DNA from: Halodesulfurarchaeum sp. | Lineage (GTDB): Archaea > Halobacteriota > Halobacteria > Halobacteriales > Halobacteriaceae | Length of the DNA stretch: 18,161 bases | Reading direction: 5' to 3' | NCBI GenBank assembly: GCA_042216015.1 | Contig: JBDGUI010000031.1 | Location: 1 to 18,161, forward strand | Shown: piece after piece, positions 1 through 7,561 of the stretch | Layout: each line of letters starts with the position of its first letter | How positions within the stretch are numbered: position 1 is the first letter of the stretch | Notes under the pieces: model-generated | What the model was told of the DNA's origin: nothing | The model's database searches: none | Seen by the model: only the letters and a program-made list of their open reading frames with translations | Translations under genes and position numbers: made by a program

Positions 1-11
1 TCACTTGCCAT
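1..11 (-). CDS. 5' end of a gene running off the left edge (M-A-S-D/E...); possibly radA, identity not provable here
   Basis: CAT at 9-11 reads ATG GCA AGT GA on the minus strand. TATA-like TTTAT at 41-37 lies 26-30 bp upstream and TTTCACTTTCA at 70-60. Only 3 full codons are visible. Confidence 0.5.
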
Positions 12-36
12 GCGCGGGGATTGTGCGGCTCCGGGG

Positions 37-70
37 ATAAACCCTCGTAAACACCGAAGTGAAAGTGAAA
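37..70 (-). promoter_or_regulatory. TATA-like box plus TTTCACTTTCA (UV/DNA-damage-response type motif)
   Basis: Plus strand 60-70 is TGAAAGTGAAA, the exact reverse complement of TTTCACTTTCA. ATAAA at 37-41. Confidence 0.6.
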
Positions 71-405
71 CCACCGGACGTGGGCCGGTCGAATCGCAGC
101 TTTCACGAAGGTTTACCTCGAAGCAGTCCGAGTCAGGGCTTCTGACGTGTGAGAAGAATCGTCGGTCGGACTCGGAATGGTTCGGATCATTCCCGTGGGT
201 TTTCTTCGGGATGGGCACCATCCAGTCCGCGAGTATGATTCAGGCGTTTTGACCCACCTGAAATTGGTGGCAAGCCGTCTCGAAACGGGATTTCCCACAA
301 CCGTCGAACCGGAGGAGAACGGTGATGAGGAGACCAGTTGTCGCTTCTAAATCACACCAGAACGGTGTAGAAGCGCTTTTCATTGACCGGTCACACCACC
401 AAGTA

Positions 406-1863
406 GTGACAGACGCAGAGCGAAAAGGGATCGACATGACGACGGGGGCCATCGGGCCCAAAATCACCTCGTTGGCCTGGCCGCTCGTGCTCGGCAACCT
501 CCTCCAGACCGCCTACAATCTCGCGGACATGTTCTGGGTCGGCCGGGTGAGTGGCGAGGCCGTTGCCGCAGTCTCCCTGATGTTTCCGCTCTCCTGGATG
601 TTCGTCTCGACGGCAATGGGCATTACCGCGGCGACCATCGCCCTCGTCTCTCAGCACGTCGGGGCCGGCGAACGGCGAAAGGCCGACCGGGTCGTCGGGC
701 AAACTATCATCCTCGCCTTGACTGTGGCCGTCGTCCTCGCAACCGTCGGCTGGTCGGTCAGACACGGGCTCCTCTCAACAATGGGCGCCGAGGGGCGCGT
801 CTTCACCGCTGCGCTCGCGTACATCGAGGTGATCTTCTTCTCGCTCCCGTTCACCTTCCTCTTCTTCGCGTTCCGGTCGGCGTTACAGGGTGCCGGTGAC
901 ACCCGGACCGCGATGTGGCTCGTCTTCGTCTCGGCGGGGATGAACGTCGTCGTCGATCCCTTCCTGATCCTCGGCTGGGGACCTTTCCTGCCGATGGGGA
1001 CGCGGGGCGCCGCCTGGGCGACCCTGGCCTCTCGCGCGTTCGCGACCGTTGTCGGCGTCGGAATCCTCCTCCGGGGCGGCTATGGTGTTCGATTGCACCT
1101 CTCTGACTTATGGCCCGTGAAAGAAGATCTCACCCGCCTCCTCAGAATCGGCTATCCGGCGACCCTGGACGGGTGGGCCCGGAGTTCCGCGGCGGTCGTG
1201 ATGGCCTCATTCGTGACCCCGTTCGGCACGGCTGCCATCGCCGCGTACGGAATCGGTCTCAGAATGATGTCGGTCACGTGGTCCGTCGCTGGTGCGGTCG
1301 GGCAGGCGACGGCGACGGGCGTCGGGCAAAATTTGGGCGCGGACACGCCGGGCCGGGCAAGTCGCGTGACCTGGATCGCCACCGGCGGAACCATGGCGTT
1401 ACTGGGTGCCGCGGCGGTGATTGCAGTAATATTCCCCGAACCGCTCTACCGCATCTTCATCGACGATCAGGCCATCGTCACCGAGGGCAAGATGTTCATG
1501 TACGTCATCGCGCCCGTCTGGGCGTTCTTCGGTGGCACGATGGTCATTCAGGGAGCGTTCCGGGGAGCGGGGCAGACGGGGGTGGCAATGGCGCTTTCGC
1601 TGCTCTCACGGTGGGTATTCCGAATCCCCGTCGCGCTGGGGGTCGCCTTCTCGGCGACAGTAGCCGTCCCCTGGACCGACGCGATGGCGACACTCGGACT
1701 CGGAATCGGCGTCGTCGGCGTCTGGAGCGGCTTCGCCTTTGGCGGACTCGCCGCGTTCGCCGTCGCAGTCCTCTGGTTCAAACGCGGCAACTGGACCGAG
1801 GGGATTCTCGAGACGGGTGAGGATCAGCCAGTCTCGGACGCGACCACAGACGCCACCGAGTGA
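406..1863 (+). CDS. MATE family efflux transporter
   Basis: About 12 hydrophobic segments in two repeated halves (LAWPLVLGNLLQTAYNLADMFWVGR; QGAGDTRTAM / RGAGQTGVAM; GQNLGA). Start placed at GTG 406 because TTTTCATT lies at 377-384; ATG 436 is an alternative. The 322 start is probably an over-extension. Confidence 0.9.
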   Translation: MTDAERKGIDMTTGAIGPKITSLAWPLVLGNLLQTAYNLADMFWVGRVSGEAVAAVSLMFPLSWMFVSTAMGITAATIALVSQHVGAGERRKADRVVGQTIILALTVAVVLATVGWSVRHGLLSTMGAEGRVFTAALAYIEVIFFSLPFTFLFFAFRSALQGAGDTRTAMWLVFVSAGMNVVVDPFLILGWGPFLPMGTRGAAWATLASRAFATVVGVGILLRGGYGVRLHLSDLWPVKEDLTRLLRIGYPATLDGWARSSAAVVMASFVTPFGTAAIAAYGIGLRMMSVTWSVAGAVGQATATGVGQNLGADTPGRASRVTWIATGGTMALLGAAAVIAVIFPEPLYRIFIDDQAIVTEGKMFMYVIAPVWAFFGGTMVIQGAFRGAGQTGVAMALSLLSRWVFRIPVALGVAFSATVAVPWTDAMATLGLGIGVVGVWSGFAFGGLAAFAVAVLWFKRGNWTEGILETGEDQPVSDATTDATE

Positions 1864-2189
1864 AAAACGGCAGTCGACCGATAGAATTGGATCGAACGCC
1901 AACGAACTCATAGACCGCGACGTTTTGCGCTCGCGTCGCGACTCGAAGTCGGAGAGATCGCAATGATGTGGCCCTACTATTCGCCGTTTAGTCAGGTATG
2001 AGGCCGGGAACGATTCGATGCTGACACCGATCATTCGTATCTATAGCTGATGGTTCCCGGAAAGTTCGGTTCCCCCAAGCGAGAAATGCACGGTATTCGG
2101 CACGCAGAACCCTTCAGAACTCTTCAATCACCTTCGGAAACCGGTTCCCGCGAAATCCCCCCCTTTCGATGTTTTCACCGATAGGACGA

Positions 2190-2237
2190 CTATTCCCAGG
2201 GGTGGGCTCCGGGTTACTCCCAGGGGTGGGCTCCGGG
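2190..2237. repeat. 24-bp tandem direct repeat duplicating the last 8 codons of the pspAB-like gene
   Basis: 2190-2213 ctattcccaggggtgggctccggg versus 2214-2237 ttactcccaggggtgggctccggg, 22/24 identical. Both read PGAHPWE* on the minus strand. Confidence 0.9.
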
Positions 2238-2813
2238 TCGATCCGGCCAGAGGGGATACCAGTACTGGGTATCCCCCTCAACGTCGAGTTCGTCGTCCAT
2301 CACCGACTGGAGTTTGACCTCGAGGGAGTCGTTTCGCTCCGCGGTTCCCCGCGGTGCGAAGGGATAGAAGGATCCCCGCCGGAAGGAGTAGATCCAGTAG
2401 ACATCGTCGTCCCCACCTGACTCGGGTTCGAAGTGGAACACCGACGCGAGAAGGCGGTCGCCGTACCCACGATCCGCGAGCGTATCGGCGGCGACGTAGA
2501 GGTCCGCCACGAGTTCCTCGAATTCCGATCGGGTGGCGACCGCCCAGGTGTACCCGTGGTCGTCCTCGTGGACCGCCGACCACCCCGGCCCCTCGAGGAC
2601 GGCCTCGACGTCCCGCAACGCGCTCTGGAAGTCCGTCGAATCCATCGGCGAAAAGACCAGGCCGGCCGTCTCGCCCGGTTCGTAATCGAGGTCGACGGTC
2701 ATGGTGACCGATGCCGCGGTCAACTGGAAGAGATCGTCGGGGTCCGCGGCGCGGGTGGCGTCCGTCTCCGCCTTGCTGCCGAATACCTCCCGAAGGCTGT
2801 CGAGGATCCCCAT
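2214..2813 (-). CDS. pspAB: PspA-associated protein PspAB-like conserved protein
   Basis: 199-aa acidic ORF with DPDDLF, DDHGYTW, GYGDRLL, YWIYSFRRGSFYPFAP and WYPLW motifs recalled for this family. Starts 1 nt after the htpX stop. Confidence 0.75.
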   Translation of the reverse strand: MGILDSLREVFGSKAETDATRAADPDDLFQLTAASVTMTVDLDYEPGETAGLVFSPMDSTDFQSALRDVEAVLEGPGWSAVHEDDHGYTWAVATRSEFEELVADLYVAADTLADRGYGDRLLASVFHFEPESGGDDDVYWIYSFRRGSFYPFAPRGTAERNDSLEVKLQSVMDDELDVEGDTQYWYPLWPDRPGAHPWE

Positions 2814-2814
2814 C

Positions 2815-3696
2815 TCAGACCGTTTCGATCTCCTTCTCGAGGTCGCGGAGCCGGTCGACGCGGTTCTCGGTGCTCGGGTGGGTGCTGAAGAGCTTGCCGA
2901 CGATGCCGGCCTTTACCGGGATGATGAAGAAGGCGTTCATCTCGGCCTCGTCCCGGAGATCCTCCGTTGGAACCCGATCCATCCGGCTGTCGATCTTCAA
3001 CAGCGCGGAGGCCAGCTTCGAGGGCTTGCCGCTGATCATCGCGGCCCCGCGGTCCGCGGCGTACTCCCGGTACCGGGAGAGCGCCCGGATGAGCAGGAAG
3101 GAGATGATCCAGACCACGATCGAGACGGCGATCGCCACGAAGACCGGGGCGCCCCCGCCCTGGCGTTCCCGTCCGCCGGCGAACAGCCAGCCCCAGCGGA
3201 CGACGATGAAGGCGAGCGTCGAGAGGAAGGAGGCGATCGTCATCACCGTCATGTCTCGGTTCTTGATGTGGGAGAGTTCGTGAGCGAGCACGCCCTCGAG
3301 TTCGTCCTCGTCGAGGGTCTGCATGATGCCCGTCGTCACCGCCACGGCGGCGTTGTTCTTCGACCGACCGGTCGCGAAGGCGTTTGGCACCTGGGAGTCG
3401 ACGACGGCCACCGTCGGCTTCGGGAGGTCGGCCTGCTGGGAGAGCCGCGAGATCGTGGCGTGGAGCTGTGGCTGCTCCTCCGGGGTGACCTCCGTGGCCC
3501 CCATCGACCAGAGGGTAAGCTTGTCGCTGAAGAACCACTGGACGAGCGAGAACCCCCCGAAGAGGAGGAGCATCATGGTCGCGCCGCCGCCCAGGTACAC
3601 GGTGATCACGCCGGCGAAGACGATGTATAGAACGAAGAGGAGAAACATCGTCACGCCCATCCGAAGCCGCAGCCCCCAGTCAGTTTTCCACTCCAT
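2815..3696 (-). CDS. htpX: Zinc metalloprotease HtpX (peptidase M48)
   Basis: PNAFATG, AHELSH (HExxH), SRYREYAAD and FSTHP motifs with N-terminal TM helices. Start at ATG 3696 (MEWKTDWGL) with TTTCTAT about 26-32 bp upstream. Confidence 0.95.
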   Translation of the reverse strand: MEWKTDWGLRLRMGVTMFLLFVLYIVFAGVITVYLGGGATMMLLLFGGFSLVQWFFSDKLTLWSMGATEVTPEEQPQLHATISRLSQQADLPKPTVAVVDSQVPNAFATGRSKNNAAVAVTTGIMQTLDEDELEGVLAHELSHIKNRDMTVMTIASFLSTLAFIVVRWGWLFAGGRERQGGGAPVFVAIAVSIVVWIISFLLIRALSRYREYAADRGAAMISGKPSKLASALLKIDSRMDRVPTEDLRDEAEMNAFFIIPVKAGIVGKLFSTHPSTENRVDRLRDLEKEIETV

Positions 3697-3903
3697 GCGT
3701 GTCCGTGGATTACGTATCGAGATAGAAACCCTTTCCGGCGTGGGATCGACTCGCTCGGCCGTGTCGTGGTCCAAAATCGGACAGGCACTCCTTGCGGAAG
3801 CCGGCACCGGTCCCTCCGGGGTGACCGACGCGAGAGCCACCGATCGAACTCTCGTCCGACCCAGGACACGCCACTTTAACCCCTCGGCGGCGTAGTCCCT
3901 CCA

Positions 3904-4995
3904 ATGACGACGGAATCAGGGACCTTCTGTCCCCGGTGTGGCGACTCCGTCGACCCCGAGGTCGTGGGGGAGTCAGAGCGGGGACTCTGCACCGACTGCT
4001 ATCTCGAGGATCTCGAGCTTCTCGACGCACCCGAAACGGTGGAGGTCACGGTTTGTGCCCGCTGTGGCGCGGTCAAGCGGGGCGAGGACTGGGTCGACGT
4101 CGGAGCCCGTGACCTCACGGAGGTGGCCATCGAGGAGGCCACCGAGGCGGTGGCGGTCCACCGCGAAGCCGAGGAGTTCGAATGGCGGGTCGAGCCCGAA
4201 CAGGTCGATCGGAACACGATCGTGCTCCACGCAACCTTCACCGCGACCGTGCGGGGACGCCACCTCGAGGTCGAACGCCCCATCCGGGTCTCGATCGGTC
4301 GGGGCACCTGCCGGCGGTGTGGGCGCATCGCCGGCAACTCCTACGCGAGCGTCGTGCAGGTCCGGGCCAGCGATCGGCACCCCCGAAAGGAGGAGGCCGA
4401 TCGGGCCGTCGAGATCGCCCACCAGCTCACGGAGGAGATGGAGGCAAAGGGCGACAGAGAGGCCTTCGTGACCGAGGTCATCGAGGAGGGCCACGGCCCG
4501 GACATCAAACTCTCGACGACCAAACTCGGACGACGGGTAGCGATGAAATTGCTCGAGGAGTTCGGCGGTTCGATGTCCGACTCGGAGACGCTGGTCACCG
4601 AGGATCGGGACGGAAACGAGGTCTACCGGGTGACCTACGCCGTCCGCCTGCCCGCCTTTCGGCCGGGGGATATCATCGAGGTGCCCGGGGCCGAGGGACC
4701 GGTGCTCGTGCAGGGGGTCCGGGGCAATCTCAAGGGGGTCGACGTCGTGACCGGCGACCCCTTCGAGACCAACTTCGAGGACGGGACCGTTCCGGGGGCC
4801 ACCAGAGTGGGTTCGCGCGAGGAGGCGATGGAGACGGCAGTCGTCTCGGTCCCGGACGAACACGCCGTCCAGGTCCTCGATCCGGAGACGGGTGTCACCC
4901 GCACCGTGGCCCGGCCCACCTATTTCGCTCCCGACGCGCCGACTGTGGACGTGTTTCGAACCGAGGAAACCCTCTACGTGCTTCCCGAGCCATGA
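3904..4995 (+). CDS. nmd3: NMD3 family protein (archaeal homolog of the large-subunit export/maturation factor)
   Basis: Four CxxC pairs (CPRCG, CTDC, CARCG, CRRCG) followed by YASVVQVR and YRVTYAVRLP. CTTTAAC at 3874-3880. Confidence 0.9.
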   Translation: MTTESGTFCPRCGDSVDPEVVGESERGLCTDCYLEDLELLDAPETVEVTVCARCGAVKRGEDWVDVGARDLTEVAIEEATEAVAVHREAEEFEWRVEPEQVDRNTIVLHATFTATVRGRHLEVERPIRVSIGRGTCRRCGRIAGNSYASVVQVRASDRHPRKEEADRAVEIAHQLTEEMEAKGDREAFVTEVIEEGHGPDIKLSTTKLGRRVAMKLLEEFGGSMSDSETLVTEDRDGNEVYRVTYAVRLPAFRPGDIIEVPGAEGPVLVQGVRGNLKGVDVVTGDPFETNFEDGTVPGATRVGSREEAMETAVVSVPDEHAVQVLDPETGVTRTVARPTYFAPDAPTVDVFRTEETLYVLPEP

Positions 4996-6011
4996 ACGCC
5001 CTCGCGGCCGTCGTGGCCAAATCCGACGTCGACGTGACGATCGAATCCCTCCGCGAGGAGGGAATCCTCGACGACAGCCGCCGGCTCGTCGAGTACGACG
5101 ACGAGACGGTGGCGATCCCGGTCACGGACCCGCCACGAGAGACCCGGGTCGAGGACGTGATCGAACAGGTCGACCCGGAACCGCGGGTGACCGACCTCCC
5201 GACGCTGCTCCGCGAACGGGGCTTTTCCGAGGCCGAACTCGAGCGCGCGCCGGGCTCGTGGGCAGTCATCGGGGACGTGATCCTCGTTCGCTTTGGAGAC
5301 TGCGAGCGGCGGGAGGCGGTGGGTGAGGCCCTCCTCGAACTGCATCGGGGGGCGGACACCGTGGTCGCCCGCGGGGAAATCACCGGCGAGCACCGCGAGC
5401 CCGAAATCGAGGTCGTCGCCGGCGAGGGGGACACCGAGACGATCCACTCAGAACACGGCACCCGCTATGCGATGGACCTCTCGCGAGTGATGTTCGCCCC
5501 GGGGAACAAGGCCGAGCGGGCGCGAATGGGCGAACTCGTCGAGGCTGGCGAGCGGGTCCTCGACATGTTCGCCGGGATCGGGTACTTCACGCTGCCCATG
5601 GCGCGGGCCGGCGCCATGGTCACCGCCGTCGAGAAGAACCCGGTCGCCTTCCAGTACCTCTCGGAGAACGCCCGCCTCAACGGGGTCGAGGATCGGGTCT
5701 CGCTCTTCCTGGGGGACTGCCGGGAGGTCGTCCCCATCCGCGTCGGGGCCGGCGATCGCTACGACCGGGTCGTGATGGGCTACTACGACGCCCACGCCTT
5801 CCTCGAACCCGCACTCGCCGCCGTCGAATCCGGCGGCACGCTTCACCTGCACGAGGCGACGCCCGAGGCGCTGCTCTGGGATCGACCCGTCGACCGCCTG
5901 GAGCGGGCCGCCGTGGCGGCCGACCGAACCGTCAGGTCGATCGACCGCCGCCGGATCAAGTCTCACAGCGAGGGCGTCGCCCACGTCGTGCTGGACGCGG
6001 TTATCGATTGA
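4992..6011 (+). CDS. taw2: Met-10+/TYW2-like SAM-dependent transferase, probably tRNA(Phe) 4-demethylwyosine aminocarboxypropyltransferase
   Basis: VMFAPGNKAER, VLDMFAGIGYF, EKNP and DRVVMGY (MGY as in TYW2/Taw2, not the NLP motif of Trm5). Start ATG 4992 overlaps the nmd3 stop (ATGA). Confidence 0.8.
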   Translation: MNALAAVVAKSDVDVTIESLREEGILDDSRRLVEYDDETVAIPVTDPPRETRVEDVIEQVDPEPRVTDLPTLLRERGFSEAELERAPGSWAVIGDVILVRFGDCERREAVGEALLELHRGADTVVARGEITGEHREPEIEVVAGEGDTETIHSEHGTRYAMDLSRVMFAPGNKAERARMGELVEAGERVLDMFAGIGYFTLPMARAGAMVTAVEKNPVAFQYLSENARLNGVEDRVSLFLGDCREVVPIRVGAGDRYDRVVMGYYDAHAFLEPALAAVESGGTLHLHEATPEALLWDRPVDRLERAAVAADRTVRSIDRRRIKSHSEGVAHVVLDAVID

Positions 6012-6076
6012 ACGCCGCCACCACCGTCGAGGATGGCTGACCAAACCGCTAAATTCCTGCAGGCCAGAGTGTGGAT

Positions 6077-6160
6077 ATGGACCGCCAACAACTCATCTCC
6101 CTGTTCCTTGTCTTTCTGATGCTCGGCTCGGCGATCCTCTACGGGATCTCCTTCCTGTAG
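6077..6160 (+). CDS. 27-aa single-pass membrane microprotein MDRQQLISLFLVFLMLGSAILYGISFL
   Basis: Manual translation from ATG 6077 to TAG 6160; hydrophobic run of about 22 aa; TAAATT at 6050-6055. Below the ORF-track cutoff. Confidence 0.65.
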   Translation: MDRQQLISLFLVFLMLGSAILYGISFL

Positions 6161-6188
6161 GACCTGGGCGCGTGGTCGTCGGGGTGTG

Positions 6189-6395
6189 TCAATCCGGGTC
6201 CTCGAGTGCCGCGACGTCCTCGGCCGTGGCGTCGTCCGGAAGCGCCTCGATGCAGTCAAAACAGAGCTCGTGCTTCGATCCATCCACCAGCTCGAGGGTC
6301 ATGCCGCCGGTCTCGGTCGCGTCCATCGTCCAGAAGTTCGCGATGCCACCCGCTACCGGGATCTCGCCGCCGCAGCCGTCACACCGGTCGGTCAT
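6189..6395 (-). CDS. Small CxxCG-type zinc-finger protein (68 aa)
   Basis: MTDRCDGCG...LCFDC with an acidic tail. Start ATG 6395 with TTTTCAA at 6423-6417. The longer track ORF (to 6614) overlaps the next gene. Confidence 0.8.
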   Translation of the reverse strand: MTDRCDGCGGEIPVAGGIANFWTMDATETGGMTLELVDGSKHELCFDCIEALPDDATAEDVAALEDPD

Positions 6396-6450
6396 GGTCG
6401 AGCGAGACGGCCGACGTTGAAAACACCGTGGAATCGTCGACTTCTCGGCC

Positions 6451-6624
6451 TCACTGGTCGGTGATCTCGTGGAACTGGTCGAGGAGATCCTCCGCAGACT
6501 CCCCCGCCTCGAACTCCACTGATCCCTCGTAACTCGAACGCGTGTCGTCCTCCGAGAGATCGACACTCGAGTTCTTCCGCTCCCGGCGCTCGTGCTCCTG
6601 TTCGTCGTAGGCACCTAGTGACAT
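6451..6624 (-). CDS. Small acidic protein (57 aa), DUF5786-like
   Basis: Manual translation MSLGAYDEQEHERRERKNSSVDLSEDDTRSSYEGSVEFEAGESAEDLLDQFHEITDQ*. The GxYDE start and LLDQF end match a haloarchaeal family as recalled. Confidence 0.75.
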   Translation of the reverse strand: MSLGAYDEQEHERRERKNSSVDLSEDDTRSSYEGSVEFEAGESAEDLLDQFHEITDQ

Positions 6625-6720
6625 GGGGATATCCCGAATCTTGTGTGGGTATGGTTATCAATGTATCGCCTATTTTCGGCCCGGCGAAAGGGGTTTGAGG
6701 CCGGCCGTCCCCGCTCAGGT

Positions 6721-7530
6721 ATGGTCCATGCGGACCTGCACGTCCACACCCGGAACTCCGACGGACAGCTCACCCTCGAGGGGATCCCGGGTGCCGCCAG
6801 GGCGGCCGGGCTCTCCGTCGTCGCCGTGACCGACCACGACCGGATGCATCCGGGCCTCGAGGCCCCGCTTGCCGAACTGGACGGCATCACGGTCGTTCAC
6901 GGCATCGAACTCCGGGTCGAGACCCCCGTCCAGCGGGTGGATTTGCTCGGCTATGGCCTCGACTCGACACCCGAAATGCGCGCCGAAACCGACCGGCTCG
7001 GCGCCGATCGGGTTCGTCGGGGGCGGAAGATCGTGCGGTGTCTCGAGGCCGAACTCGGCGTCGAGCTCGACTGCTCGGTCGGCGAGCGGACCGGCCGCCC
7101 CCACATTGCGCGGGCGGTCGTTGCCCACCCGGAGACAACCTACGAGACGATCGAGGCCGTGTTCGAGGATCTCATCGGCGACGGCCGTCCCTGTTTCGTC
7201 CCTCGGGATGTCCCCACCTTCGACCGGGGTGTTTCCCTTCTGGGCGAAGCCGCGACAGTCGTCGGCCTCGCACACCCGTTTCGCTACGCTGACCCGGAGG
7301 CCGCCCTCGATCGGTGTGGCGCCCTCGACGCCGTCGAGCGGTACTACCCGTACGACCGCCCGCTCACCGGCGAGCCGGTCGTGGACGAGTCGCTGCTCGA
7401 ATCGACGATCGCCACCCACGATCTCCTCCGGATCGGTGGAAGCGACGCTCACGGCACCGAAATCGGCGTGACGGGTCTCGACCGGCAGGACTACTCGCGG
7501 TTCGAGGCCGCGCTTTCGCCGGAGCCGTGA
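6721..7530 (+). CDS. PHP-domain metal-dependent phosphoesterase (TrpH/YciV-like)
   Basis: DLHVHT..SDG, TDHD, GIE, GRPHIA, LAHP and GGSDAH motifs. Start at ATG 6721. Confidence 0.9.
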   Translation: MVHADLHVHTRNSDGQLTLEGIPGAARAAGLSVVAVTDHDRMHPGLEAPLAELDGITVVHGIELRVETPVQRVDLLGYGLDSTPEMRAETDRLGADRVRRGRKIVRCLEAELGVELDCSVGERTGRPHIARAVVAHPETTYETIEAVFEDLIGDGRPCFVPRDVPTFDRGVSLLGEAATVVGLAHPFRYADPEAALDRCGALDAVERYYPYDRPLTGEPVVDESLLESTIATHDLLRIGGSDAHGTEIGVTGLDRQDYSRFEAALSPEP

Positions 7531-7561
7531 CGTTCAGGGTGCTCGGGCGAGAAGTCCCGGT

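Noticed and set aside
257..290. Small hairpins (CCACC/GGTGG, CCGT/ACGG) upstream of MATE as a riboswitch or ncRNA
   Set aside because: Stems of 4-5 bp are expected by chance at this GC content and match no RNA family I recognise.
1956..2032. Box C/D sRNA-like layout (ATGATGT at 1963, CTGA at 2021, GATCG/CGATC ends)
   Set aside because: The C box is imperfect, C'/D' boxes are unconvincing, the terminal stem is offset and I could not identify an archaeal rRNA or tRNA target.
2140..2188. ORB-like element (minus strand GGTGAAAAC...GGGGGGG) suggesting a replication origin
   Set aside because: A single weak match with no inverted partner, no clear AT-rich unwinding element and no orc1/cdc6 gene in the window.
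2190..2237. CRISPR interpretation of this repeat or of 11589-11639
   Set aside because: The copies are directly adjacent with no spacers, there are only two copies and no cas genes.
4182..4991. Apparent 270-aa N-terminal extension of taw2 (609-aa ORF)
   Set aside because: Arg/Gly-rich alternate frame inside nmd3; the recognisable protein begins at ATG 4992.
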